A DNA stretch of 64,000 nt, taken from contig NC_133621.1 in the NCBI RefSeq assembly GCF_048593235.1, forward strand, positions 302,321,146 to 302,385,145, given 5' to 3'. Below are positions 22,736 through 33,938 of this stretch, one piece after another (the first letter of the stretch is position 1; every line of letters starts with the position of its first letter). The position numbers and the translations under genes were made by a program. The notes beneath the pieces are model-generated. The model saw only the letters and a list, made by a program, of their open reading frames with translations. It ran no database searches and was not told the origin of the DNA. Source of the stretch: Sminthopsis crassicaudata. Lineage: Eukaryota.

Positions 22736-25128
22736 TTTATTATTTATTTGTTTTTTTGTTTTTGTTTTTGTTTTTTATTTTTACAAAAAATTTATGCATA
22801 GGTAATTTTCTAGCATTGATAATTGCAAAACCTTTTGTTTCAACTTTTCCCCTCCTTCTCCTCACCTCTTCCCCCAGATGGCAGGTTAACAAATACATGT
22901 TAAATATGTGAAAGTATAAGTTAAATACAATACATGTATACATGTCCAAACAGTTATTTTGCTATACAAAAAGAATCGGACTTGGAAATAGTGTACAATT
23001 AGCCTGTGAAGGAAATAAAAAATGCAGACAGACAAAAATAGAGGGATTGGGAATTCTATGTAGTGGTTCATAGTCGTCTCCCAGAGTTCTCCCGCTGGGT
23101 GTAGCTGGTTCAGTTCATTACTGCTCTGTTGGAAATGATTTGGTTCATCTCATTGTTAAGAGGGCTTCGTTCATCAGAATTGATCATCATATAGTGTTGT
23201 TGTTGAAGTGTATAGTGATCTCCTGATCCTGCTCATTTCACTCAGCATCAGTTCCTGTAAGTCTCTCCAGGCCTTTCTGAAATTCTTCTGCTGGTCATTT
23301 CTTACAGAACAATAATATTCCATAACATTCATAGACCACAATTTATTCAGCCAGTCTCCAGCTGATGGGCATCCACTCATTTTCCAGTTTCTGGCCACTA
23401 CAAAAAGGGCTGTCACAAACATTTTGCACATACAGGTCCCTTTCCCTACTTTAAGATCTCTGTGGGATATAAGCCCAGTAGTAAAGCTGCTGGATCAAAG
23501 GGTATGCACAGCTCTTTGAGCATAGTTCCAAATTGCTCTCCAGAATGGCTAGATGTATTCACAATTCCACCAACAATGTATCAGTGTCCCAGTTTTCCCA
23601 CATCCCCTCCAACATTCTCCTTTATCTTTCCCTGTCATTCTAGCCAATCTGACAGGTGTGTAGAGATATCTCAGAGTTGTCTTAATTTGCATTTCTCTAA
23701 TAAATAATGACTTGGAGCATCTTGAAGCATCTTTTCATCTGGCTAGAAATAGTTTCAATTTCTTTGTCTAAGAATTGTCTGTTCATATCTTTTGACCATT
23801 TATCAATTGGAGAATGGCTTGATTTCTCATAAATTAGAGTCAATTCTCTATATATTTTGGAAATGAGGCCTTTATCAGAACCTTTGACTGTAAAAATGTT
23901 TTCCCAGTTTATTGTTTCCCTTCTAATCTTGTTTGCATTAGTTTTGTTTGTATAAAACCTTTTTAATTTGATATAATCAAATTTTTGTATTTTGTGATCA
24001 ATAATGACTTCTTTGACAACAATGACAATAATGTTCTTTGGTCATGAATTCCTTCCTTTTCTACAGATCTAAAAGATAAACTATCCTATGCTCTTCTAAT
24101 TTATTTATGTATAATCTCATTCTTTCTGCCTAGGTCATGAACCCATTTTGACCTGACCTTGGTATATGATGTTAAGTGTGGGTCAATGCCTAGTTTCTGC
24201 CATACTAATTTCCAGTTTTCCCAGCAATTTTTGTCAAACAGTGAGTTCTTATCCCAAAAGCTGGGGTCTTTGGGTTTGCCAAACACTAGATTATTGAAAT
24301 TATTGGCTGTTTTTTCCTTTGAACCTAACCTATTCCCCTGATCAACTAGTCTATTTCTTAGCCAATACCAAATGGTTTTTGGTAACCACTGCTTTATAAT
24401 AAAATTTTAGATCAAGTGCAGCTAGGCCACCTTCATTTTTTTTTTCATTAATTCCCTTGAAATTCCTGACCTTTTGTTTTTCTATATAAACTTGGTTGTT
24501 GTTTTTTTTCTAAGTCATTAAAATAGTTTTTTGGGAGTCTGATTGGTATAGCGCTAAATAAATAGATTACTTTAGGTAGTATTGTCATCTTTATCATATT
24601 TGTTTGCCCAATCCAAGAGCATTTAATATTTTTCCAATTGGTTAGATCTGACTTTATTTATATGGAAAGTGTTTTGTAATTTTTGCTCATATAGTTTCTG
24701 ATTTTCCCTTGGCAGATAGATTCCTAAATATTTTATACTATTGGTAGTTCCTTTAAATGGAATTTCTCTTTGTAGTTCTAACTGTTGGATTTTGTTAGTG
24801 ATCTGTAAGAATGCTGATGATTTATGTGGGTTTATTTTGTATCCTGCAACTTTGCTAAAGATGTGGATTATTTCTAATAGCTTTTTAGTAGAATCCCTGG
24901 GGTTCTCTAAGTATACTTTCATATGATCTGTAAAGAGTGATAGTTTAGTTTCCTCATTACCTATTCTAATCCCTTTAATTTCTTTCTCATCTGTTATTGC
25001 CAAAGCTAGCATTTCTAATACAATATTGAATAGTAATGGTGATAATGGGCAATCTTGTTTCTCTCCTGATCTTATTGGGAATAGTTCAAGTTTATCCCCA
25101 TTACATATGATGCTTACTGATGGGTTGT
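22736..25128 (-). mobile_element. 5'-truncated marsupial L1 (ORF2 RT/C-terminal part, 3'UTR, A-rich tail)
   Basis: Minus-strand ORF fragments KEIKGIRIGNEETKLSLFTDHMKVYLENPRDSTKKLLEII (decayed FADD RT motif) and KMFVTALFVVARNWK...YCSVRNDQ...[16 protein letters not shown]-rich tail on the + strand at 22736-22785. Frame disrupted. Confidence 0.95.
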
Positions 25129-25687
25129 TTATTTTTTAAAGAAGAAAACACTAAAGAAACCAAGAAGTGAGGAGAGCGGTAGAGCTGCCATCTTTCCAAA
25201 GAGAGCCCTTCCCCACTCCCTGTGAATATGCCCCAAACAGTAAGGTAAGAACTGGGAACAAGCCTCCCAAAGGGAAACCCAGGTCATCAAGGGGACAAAA
25301 GCAGCTTCCCAAGTGTGAGGTGGGGGAGGTCTGGATAAAGAACAGGAGCTCTGAGGAAAGTCTAGGGATGGGGACAGGGTGTCTTAGTGGACCACAAGCT
25401 CAGTAGGTCAGCAGCTGGGATGCAGCAGTCGAAAAAGGTAATGAGGTCTTGAGATCTGGTTTTCAGGAACAGGGAGGGGAGAGTCACCCCCTTCCCCCAC
25501 TGTCCTCTGCTCTTGACAGAAGTGATGCCGTGCCCAATTCTGAGCATCCAAGTTTAAGATGAACATTAATAAAGTTAGAGTCATGAGGAGGGCAGTCAGG
25601 ATGGTAAAAGAACCCATGACAATAGGAAGAGTGTGTGTGTGAAAGAAAGAGACAGAGAAAGAGAAATAGAGACAGAGAGAGAAACAA

Positions 25688-25835
25688 NNNNNNNNNNNNN
25701 NNNNNNNNNNNNNNNNNNNNNNNNNNNNNNNNNNNNNNNNNNNNNNNNNNNNNNNNNNNNNNNNNNNNNNNNNNNNNNNNNNNNNNNNNNNNNNNNNNNN
25801 NNNNNNNNNNNNNNNNNNNNNNNNNNNNNNNNNNN
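25688..25835. other. Assembly gap (148 N) next to a GA-rich microsatellite
   Basis: N run. Confidence 1.
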
Positions 25836-26451
25836 CCTCATTTTAGGCTCTGGCGACTGACTTGCCCAGGGTCCCATAGTAGTAAATATCAGAGGCTAGA
25901 TTCAAATCTGTATCCTCTGGCTCTTTCCATTGCCCCTCTGCTTACTGTCCAGGCAGGACAGGAGAGCTGCTTCTAAGCATGTGTGGGCAATGGTGTGGGA
26001 GCCGGGGCTTGGCCGGTGCTGCCTTGGGGCTGCGAGCAAGGGCCTGAGGGTCCTCCTGTGGGCTGGGGCTGCCCCAGACTTGGCCTCTGAGCTGCCTCTC
26101 TGCTGGGGGCAGGGGAGGACAGTCAGCTCAATTTCATCCCAGAGGCTGATAATTCTCTGTCCTCCCTCCAGGCTTATGGAGGCTTTGGCAGCCCCAGGCC
26201 CAGGCTCCACGGCTGCTTCTGACCAGGAGTCAGAACCCCGGGAGCCTCCCTGGCTTCTCCCAAGTGAGGCCAGCTGGGCACTGATTTGTGAGTCGGGATG
26301 CTGGGGAGCCCGGGAATGAGCCTCTCCATGCCCAAAGTTGGAGACCTGGCTCCCAAACGGGAAGGATTTGGGGAACGGGGACTGAATTTCCTCCTGGTGA
26401 ATGAGGGGGCTGGGCATCTCCCCATCTCCTCAGGCATCTTAGATGAGGGAG

Positions 26452-26455
<4 letters not shown>

Positions 26456-26509
<54 letters not shown>
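26456..26509. repeat. (TC)n microsatellite
   Basis: About 27 uninterrupted TC units. Confidence 0.97.
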
Positions 26510-26514
<5 letters not shown>

Positions 26515-27900
26515 ATTATTAATTTCCTTTATTGTAGCTCTCATTTCTGAATATATCCTTCCCTCAGCTCCTCCCCAGAGAGTCAATGTTAAAAAAAGGA
26601 TTTTAAAAGAAAAAAATAAAATTCAGCAAAGCCAGATGACACATCCCAGCATCCTCCTGATAGTGTATGCAACATTTCATATCCATAGTCCCCCCACCTG
26701 TCCCCGGGTCAGGATGGAGGAGCCTTTTTCCTCTTCAGAGGTCAAGCTTGCCCCTTAGGTTTCTGCAGCCACCGGTGCTGACTGCTGCATTCCTCCTCCT
26801 TCCGTTTATGTTGTCGGAGACATGGAGTAAATCACTGACCTGGCGCTGCTTGCTTCCTCTTGGTCTTCCCATAAGTACCGGGTTTTTCTGACCGAGCAAT
26901 AGCCATCCCATTCACTTGACTCCTTCCCAGTTCTTTGCTCCCACAAAAAGGACTTTGACATATGTTGGGGGGCTTTTCATTTGGCGTGTTTGCCCAGCAC
27001 CAGAATCTGAGAGTCAAAGAGTATGGACTTTTTGGTCATCTTTTCCCAGGGGTTAAGTGACTTAACTAAGGTCACTCAACTAGTGTCCGAGGCCTCATTT
27101 GAACTCGAGTCTTCTGACTCAAGACCCATTGCTCTAAACACCGAGCCACCCGGCAGCCTCCTTGCAAACCTTAAAGTCCTATAAAAGTCTATTATCTTTA
27201 ATTATTAAAATCTTTTTCATAGTGGTTAGTAGTTTGCAATTCTTTTGAAAACAATTCATATCTTTTTTTCCCTTTAGTAGTAGAATTTTATTTTTCCAAA
27301 TGCATGTAAAGATAGTGTTGAACATTTTCATAAGATACTTTTTGTTCCAACCTTTTTCTCCTCCTTTCCTTATTTCCTCCCTCCCTTCCCAAGGCAACAA
27401 GCAATTTGCTATGGGTTATATATGTGTAATACTTTTAAACGTACTTCCATGTTGGCCATGTTATACAAGAAAAATCCGACCAAAAGGGGAAAAAAAACAC
27501 GAGAAAGAAAAAGCAAATAAGCCAACAAGGTGAAAATACTCTGCTTCCATTCATCTTCCGTCTCTATAGTTCTTTCTGTGACATGGATGGCATTTTCTTT
27601 TCTTTTCTTTTTCTTTTTTTTCTGAGGTAATTGGGGTTAAGTGATTTGCTCAGGGTCACACAGCTAGGAAGTAAGTGTTAAGTGACTGAGACCAGATCAG
27701 GTCCTCCTGACTTCAGGCCACTGAATCCACTGCCCCACCCGCCTGCCCCACAGATGGCATTTTCTATCCCAAATCTATTGGAATTGCCTTGAATCCCCCC
27801 CATTGTAGAAAAAGCCGTGTCCATCAGAGTCGATCATCAATCTTGTTGCCGTGTACAACATTCTCCTGCTTCCACTCACTTCCCTCAGGATCAAGAACAG
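26500..27900 (-). mobile_element. Cluster of old LINE 3' fragments and SINEs (WSINE1-like at about 27600-27740)
   Basis: L1-like 3'UTR motifs (aaatctattggaattgccttgaatc...gtgtacaacattctcctg) and the SINE core ggggttaagtgatttgctcagggtcacacagctaggaag. Boundaries approximate. Confidence 0.6.
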
Positions 27901-28329
27901 TTCCTGTCTTTGTGTCTTGCGGAACGATTCTCAGTTTCATATATTTGATGTAAAGCTACTTCCCCTGTGTTTTGGTTGGTAATCTTAATGAAAATTCTCC
28001 ACAAGTAGGCCACAGGACTTCTACTCAGGCCATCATCCAGGAGGTTGGGGAGAGGAATCTTTTCTCAGTAGGGTAGTTTTCTAAATTACCTGGAACCTTG
28101 ACAGGAAAGGGAATTGCTTGGTAACTGGGTAGCATGCTACTAGAGCAGATATTGGCCGGGAGCATCTGTGACACCCCAGGGTGCTGCTGCAGAAGCCATG
28201 GCCTGCTCCAACCATGCTGGAAGCAGTTGGGACCAAAATGCCCATACCCTTTGACCCAGAGATTCCCCAGCCAAGCTACGTCCCCAAAGGGGTGCTTGTA
28301 CCTAGCCATGGATAGTCCCAAGAAAGAGA

Positions 28330-28860
28330 AAGCAAGCAACAAACAAAAAAGGGGAAAATACTCTGCTTTCCAGTCTCCATACTTCTCTGGATGCGTGTTT
28401 TTGTAGCAGCAAAGAGCTGGAGTAGATGCCCACCTTGGGCTTCACAAGCATGGCAGCCTATTGTATAAGGCACACTGAATGGAGGAGCCTGGAGAACTTC
28501 TATGAACTGATGCAGAGGAAAACAAGCAGAGCCAGGAAAAGCAAGCATTGGGATCACAACAGTGGTGGCAGAAAGGTTCACCCCACTGACAGACTGAATA
28601 TTGTGCAATTGTCACCCCAGAGAAGAGATGAGAAAATGTACTTCCCTCCCTCCCTGTTCTGCAGAGGTGGTGGGCTATGGATGTGGAGCACTGAATACAC
28701 TGTCACGTTCGACTGAGGAGCTTTATTTTATTGACTGGCTTTTTTCTTCCTTCTTATATAATAATAAGGGATAACTCTCTGGACATGGGAAGGAGGAGCA
28801 TATATTTGGAAATAGAGGTGATAAAATAAAAGTCAATAAAACTTTTCTTTAAAAAAAAAA
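28330..28860 (+). mobile_element. Old L1-like 3' fragment
   Basis: EWRSLENFYELMQRKTSRARK resembles the ORF2 terminus [22 protein letters not shown]. Ends in an aataaaa/A-rich tail. Confidence 0.65.
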
Positions 28861-29271
28861 GATAAACTAACCCGTCTTATTTATTATTACCACTGTCCTT
28901 CCTGATAGAATCATGATGGCATTCGGGCTGGCTCAAAGACTTCTCAAGCAGTCCACGGCGGTAGTCCTTCATTTGGGAAGCAGGAGCTTCGTTTTGGGTG
29001 AGGGGACGGGCCCCCAAAAGTGGCAGGCATGAAACTGTCATTCCCTCAGCCCGCTGCCCACCGAGCAGTCTATCCAGCTGACCACCCAGCCTGGAAAAAT
29101 GTCAGAATCGCCAGGAGGGAGAGAGAGCTGGGGTTATGGAGGTGGTGAAGGACAGAGAGCGAGACCTCTGCTTGTTTGTGGTGGAGGTGTGTGTTTTTGT
29201 GTCTGTGTGTATGGGGAGCTTCCTGGGGGGTGCTCACCTTTTTGGGGTGCACCTTCCTTGCTTCCGTGAAG

Positions 29272-30398
29272 ATCAGCCATTCCTTCCAAACAACAAGACC
29301 TTGAAAGCATCATCTCAGTCCCTCCCAGACCATCCCCCGGCCAGGACCCAGGTAGGGACGGGCCAGCCTTCATAGCCAGACATCCCTTCTTTTGTTTGTC
29401 TTAAAGGTTCCTAGGAGAGGCTGGGAGATTTTCTGCTTGAGGTGGGCCTCAGTCTACTTGGCTCAGCCCGTATTGGAGGTACGTGTTTCTAGGAACTTGT
29501 CTCTAATAATTTTACAGAATGTTGATGTAATTAGTGCTTTTAAAATGCTGAATGCTAAGAACAAATCCATTGGTAATTAATATAATAGAATATAATAAAT
29601 TAATATAATAAAATAGAATGGAGAACGATGGGTAGTTGAGAATAACTGAGGAGCTAGGCCTGTGAGATGGAGGGAGGACCAGATTTTTGCAAAGGCACCA
29701 GCGTGCACACGGCTCAGCTGACATTATCCTAGGATAGGGTCACCGACCGATGGGGTAACAAGTGCTGTCCCTTGGTGACCTCTTTACAAAGCAGGGATAA
29801 TGGTGATAATGACCGACAGCTAGCTGCCTTAGGAGCATTTTACAAGTATCTCACAGCCCTGGGAAATAGGTGCTATTATCACGTGGGGCAAAAGGAGTTA
29901 AGTGACAGAGTCCCACAGCTAACCAACGTCTGAGGCTGGATTTGAACTTGGGTCTCCCTGATTCTTTCCCACTGAGTTAGGCTAGACTGAAAATTGGTCA
30001 CATTTTCCCAGGGGCTTTTAATAGCTGAGCCCCGGACACAGCCAGCCGGCACGGCGGCTCGAGTTGGAGGCAGAACGCCGGCCGGGAGTCAGGCAAAAGC
30101 CCGGCTCTTGGTCTCTTGGAGGTTTTAGCCTCCTCTCAAGCTTAGTCCTTGTGTCCATCCACAGAAGGAGAGCCCAGATGGGCACTTTGAGTCACTTCTG
30201 AGAGAAGTGCAAGCCCAGGTGAAGAAGCAAACACAAAGATCCAGACCGAAAGAGGCAGCGAGGCGGCAGCTTCAGAGAGTGGGCGCTCTGGCCGCAGAGA
30301 AGAGAGCCGCCTGGGAACGGGACGGAGCGCCAGCCCGGGCAGTCAGGAGTGGAACTCTCTTAGGCCTGGTGGGGAAGGGCTCCGAGGGGCGCACATGA
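29272..30398 (+). CDS. Candidate additional 3' exons of WBP2NL: 29272-29351 (phase 1->0) and 30165-30398 (phase 0, TGA)
   Basis: The strong donor AAG|gtaaga at 21971 is phase 1. Exon 29272-29351 begins at the first AG after a pyrimidine tract and ends CAG|gtaggg. The second exon (ccacag|AAG) reads KESPDGHFESLLREVQAQVKKQTQRSRPKEAARRQLQR...EGRT*. There is no homology support, only splice signals and phase. Confidence 0.35.
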
Positions 30399-31248
30399 TC
30401 CCTGCACGTGAGCCTCAGTCTCTGTTGTCTGTTCTCGCTTCCCAAGCACTCTGTGTTCACGGGGAGTGGGGTGGGTGGGCTGGGAGGAAGGTGTCCCTGA
30501 CTAGTGAGAAAGGGTCTGGGGAGGAGGGCACAGAGAGAACCTCGCCTCGGCAGGTGAACCGAGGATCTCCCGGGGAGGGGGGCGCCCCGGTCTGGATCTG
30601 AGGGGATTAAGGACCTCCAGAGCAGGGTCACCTGTGGGACGTGGCCACACAGGAAGACACTCTCAATGGGCTTTTAAAAAAAAGGGCTAGAATTGTGTTG
30701 GGTTGGAAGGTACTTGGAGATGCTCGAGCAGAAAGTGGCATATACTTTTCATTGATTCCTTTTTAAGTTAAAACTCACTTCTGAACAATCTGCCCCTGCC
30801 CAACCTTCCCCAAGCCTTCTGGGCTAACAAAGTCTACAATCATATCTCTAAATGAATCTGGACTAAGCTGCCATTTTGGCTGTGATGGATCTCTCCCCTG
30901 TCGGGAACTTCAGCCTCTCCCAGGTCACCGCGGGCCGTGGGGTGGAGCAGAGCCTCGGAATTGTGGCACAGGGCATTTTTTCTCACTTCTGTTCACTCTC
31001 TGCATCGGTCCCCAATCCAGTTTTGTTTGTGGCCCCCTGAGCCAGTAACCCGGCACAGCCGGGAGCTGGGAGAGGAGAAATCCCAGGGGCCTAGGGACAA
31101 GCATGCTCCCGGAGGAGCCCACGGCCCTTCAGTGACGACCCTGACGATGTCTGTCCTGGCCCAGGGGCACGCCTCCAAGCCCGGGAGGACAACGCATGAA
31201 TTTTTCCCATCATTTTCCAACAGTACAATCTGTTTCATCTCCTTAGAC

Positions 31249-31430
31249 AAGCGGTCCTCAAACTTGTTAAATAGGGGGCCAGTTCCCTGTCCCTCAGACT
31301 GTTGGAGGGCCGGACTATAGTAAAAACACTCTGTCTCCGCCCCTCAGCCCATTTGCCGTAACCCAGTGGGGCCAAATAAATGTCCTCAGCCGCTGCATCT
31401 GGCCCGTGGGCCATAGTTTGAGAACCCCTG
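31249..31430. mobile_element. Non-autonomous hAT DNA transposon (MITE), OC1/OposCharlie1-like
   Basis: 16-bp TIRs aagcggtcctcaaact / agtttgagaacccctg and an 8-bp TSD ccttagac / ccttagtc (7/8). The internal ggggccagttccctgtccctcagactgttggagggccggactatagt is as recalled for OC1 non-autonomous elements. Confidence 0.8.
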
Positions 31431-33642
31431 CCTTAGTCTGTGCAGCCCCCCATTGTCCAGCGGTTACCTGTTTTGTTTCCAATTCTGGGCTGCCGACTCC
31501 CATCCCTGCCCTCCTTGGCGCCCACGCGTGGCATCCGAGTCAGAGGCCATGAATCCAAAAGGCTTCCGGGATGGCCGGGCTGCCTGTGGGTGGGCCCGAC
31601 TCTCGGGATCGGTGTCTCGTCACCTTACCACGCCGGCCACTTCCCTGTCCTTTAAAGGGATTCTGAAAGGCAGAAGTCACAGAGCAAGGTTCCACTTTCT
31701 ACCACAGACACCGACAAGTTCGGGCCTTTTTGTGGGGGAAGCCGGACCGGGCCAGGGCCTGTGGGCCAAGGGCAAAGGGAAGGGGGGTGGCTGGAGGACG
31801 AGGTTCTCTGTGGTCCCGGCTCCCTGATTGGGAGGGACGCCCCATCCCCAGGGATGGAGGCACCTGAGCACCGGGGTCCCGGGTCAGTTCTAAGGCCCCC
31901 CCCCCCCATGTTCTCTCCAAAGGCAGCCCACTTCCTGGCCACTTCCCGAGGAGGACACGGAGAAGGGGCGTCCCACACCTTTCCTGTTTCACCCAGACAG
32001 CTGCCCGCCCTTCTGCCCTCTCCTCTCCGGAGGTCTCTCCTGGGCACCTGAGCGGCCAAACCCCTGGGACCGTGGACGAGGCGGCTGAGGGCCACCTGGC
32101 CCCAGCATGGCTGCCACGCTTGAGGATGAAGCTCCGGAGCTACAGGGGTCAGTGTGGGCCTGGCCTCAGTGGGGCTAAATAAAGTGAAGTGAGAGGCTTT
32201 AGGCTGGCCGGCCCTTTCCTCACTAGGGTTCCCCAGCAGAGCTCCTGGGGCTGCTCAGTGCAGACAAATCCAGCTCCAGACGGGCCAAGAGGCCTCACCT
32301 GTCTGCCTCAGTTCCCTTAACTGGTAAATCACATCAATAGCTCCACCCTCCCAGGCTCCTTGAGATGGAATAAGGTAACAGTTGTAAACTGCTGGCCACA
32401 GTGCCTGGAGGGGAGTCAGCACTTAATACATGGAAGCTGTTATTATTAGGCTAGAGGAGGGCAACTCTCTGTGGAGGAAGGGCCTTTGGGTGGGAGGGGG
32501 AGCCCCTGGTTCGTCCTCAGCCCACCTTAGTGAACCAGGCGGCCATGAAGGAATCGGCAGGGCCCTGGAGCCCTCCGGCCCCGCAGACCGAGGCCTGAGA
32601 CCAGAGAGACCCTTGGGCCCTCATCTCCCAGCTCCAGGCCCTGGAGCCCTCCGGCCTGTGGAGGGTCTGTTTGCACAGGACCAGTGCACGGCCTAGTTTG
32701 TTGCAGGGGATGGACAGACAGACCAAAGGAGGATTGAAATGACCCCTGCCGAGAGGGCGGCTCTCGTGTGGACCGCTCATGCCGGTGGCTTTTGGGACCC
32801 CGTGGAGGCCCTGCCGGAGGTCGCCAGGCCCAGCTGCCCGTGAAAGGGAGCGAGGGAGCCAGACCGCAGTCACGGCCACAGACTGAGCTGGTAGTTGGTA
32901 TGGGCCCCCCAGAGGGTGGTGACCTGCCCAAGGCTCCGAGGCAGGACTAGAACTCGGCTCCTGGGTCCAAGGCAGTCCACTCTGGCCAGCACACCCTCCC
33001 AGTGCCCCCAGCCTGATCTCACTCGGGCTTCTTCTGCTTCCAAATGGGGAAGTGGCCAGATCCCCCATGGGGCCCAGGAGCAGGTGCCTCTGGGTGGGGC
33101 GGCTGAAACTAAGCAGCAAATTTGAGCTTCTTTTTTTTGTACTAAGTTTATTTTATGACACTTTACGCAGCACATTTGTTTTCCGCCGTGCATTTGGTTG
33201 CTGTTTAAGAAGGTGGCCCGATGTCCCGTGCCCCAGGTCGTGCTGGCCGTGGCCCAGGGCCGGGCCTGGGGGGGGGGGAAGGATTTCCTTGGACAGCCTC
33301 TAAGAGCCCTGGCCAGGCAAGTGAGTGCCCCTCCTGGTGGGCCTCGCATTCACAAGCTGTGGCTGAGTCCTACTCTGTCCCAAGGGTGGTTTGGACCGCT
33401 CAGAGACCCCAATGAATGTGAATTCTGCCCACAAGCCCGCAGTTGGCTGGCAAAGCGTGGCCGGGGGCAGGGAGGCAGCTATGAGCTCTGGCTGCCCAGC
33501 CCAAGGCCCCTGGGCATGGTAGGGGGGACAGCGGCCCGCGCCACACCACAAGCTCTGCTGCCAGCAGGCGCTCTCCGCTGCACCCAGAGGTGCCCCCTGC
33601 CCCCAATCAGAGCCGATACCGATGATCCCGTTAAAGAGCAGA

Positions 33643-33648
33643 TTTATT
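33643..33648 (-). terminator. NAGA: NAGA polyadenylation signal (AATAAA); a second one lies at 33147-33152
   Basis: TTTATT on the + strand, about 290 nt beyond the NAGA stop codon. Confidence 0.6.
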
Positions 33649-33938
33649 AGGGTCCAGGGCAACCAGGAGAGGGCCGGGGGCAGAGCTTGCAGCGCCCTCC
33701 ACGCCGCCCCTCTGCCCAGAAGGGAGGTAGACACACATGAATCAGTCAGGCTTCAGAATCACCAGTTCCCGTGAGAGCCGGGCCCGGCTTTCGGACCCGG
33801 ACGGCCCAGGCGGGGCAGGGAGTGGAGGCAGGCACCCAAGCGTGTTCAGGCCCAGCCAAGCCGTGACGGCGCCGGCGGGCAGTCGCCCCCTTCCCGAGCC
33901 CGGGCAGTCGAGGCTGCAAGTTGGAATCCAATGAAGTT

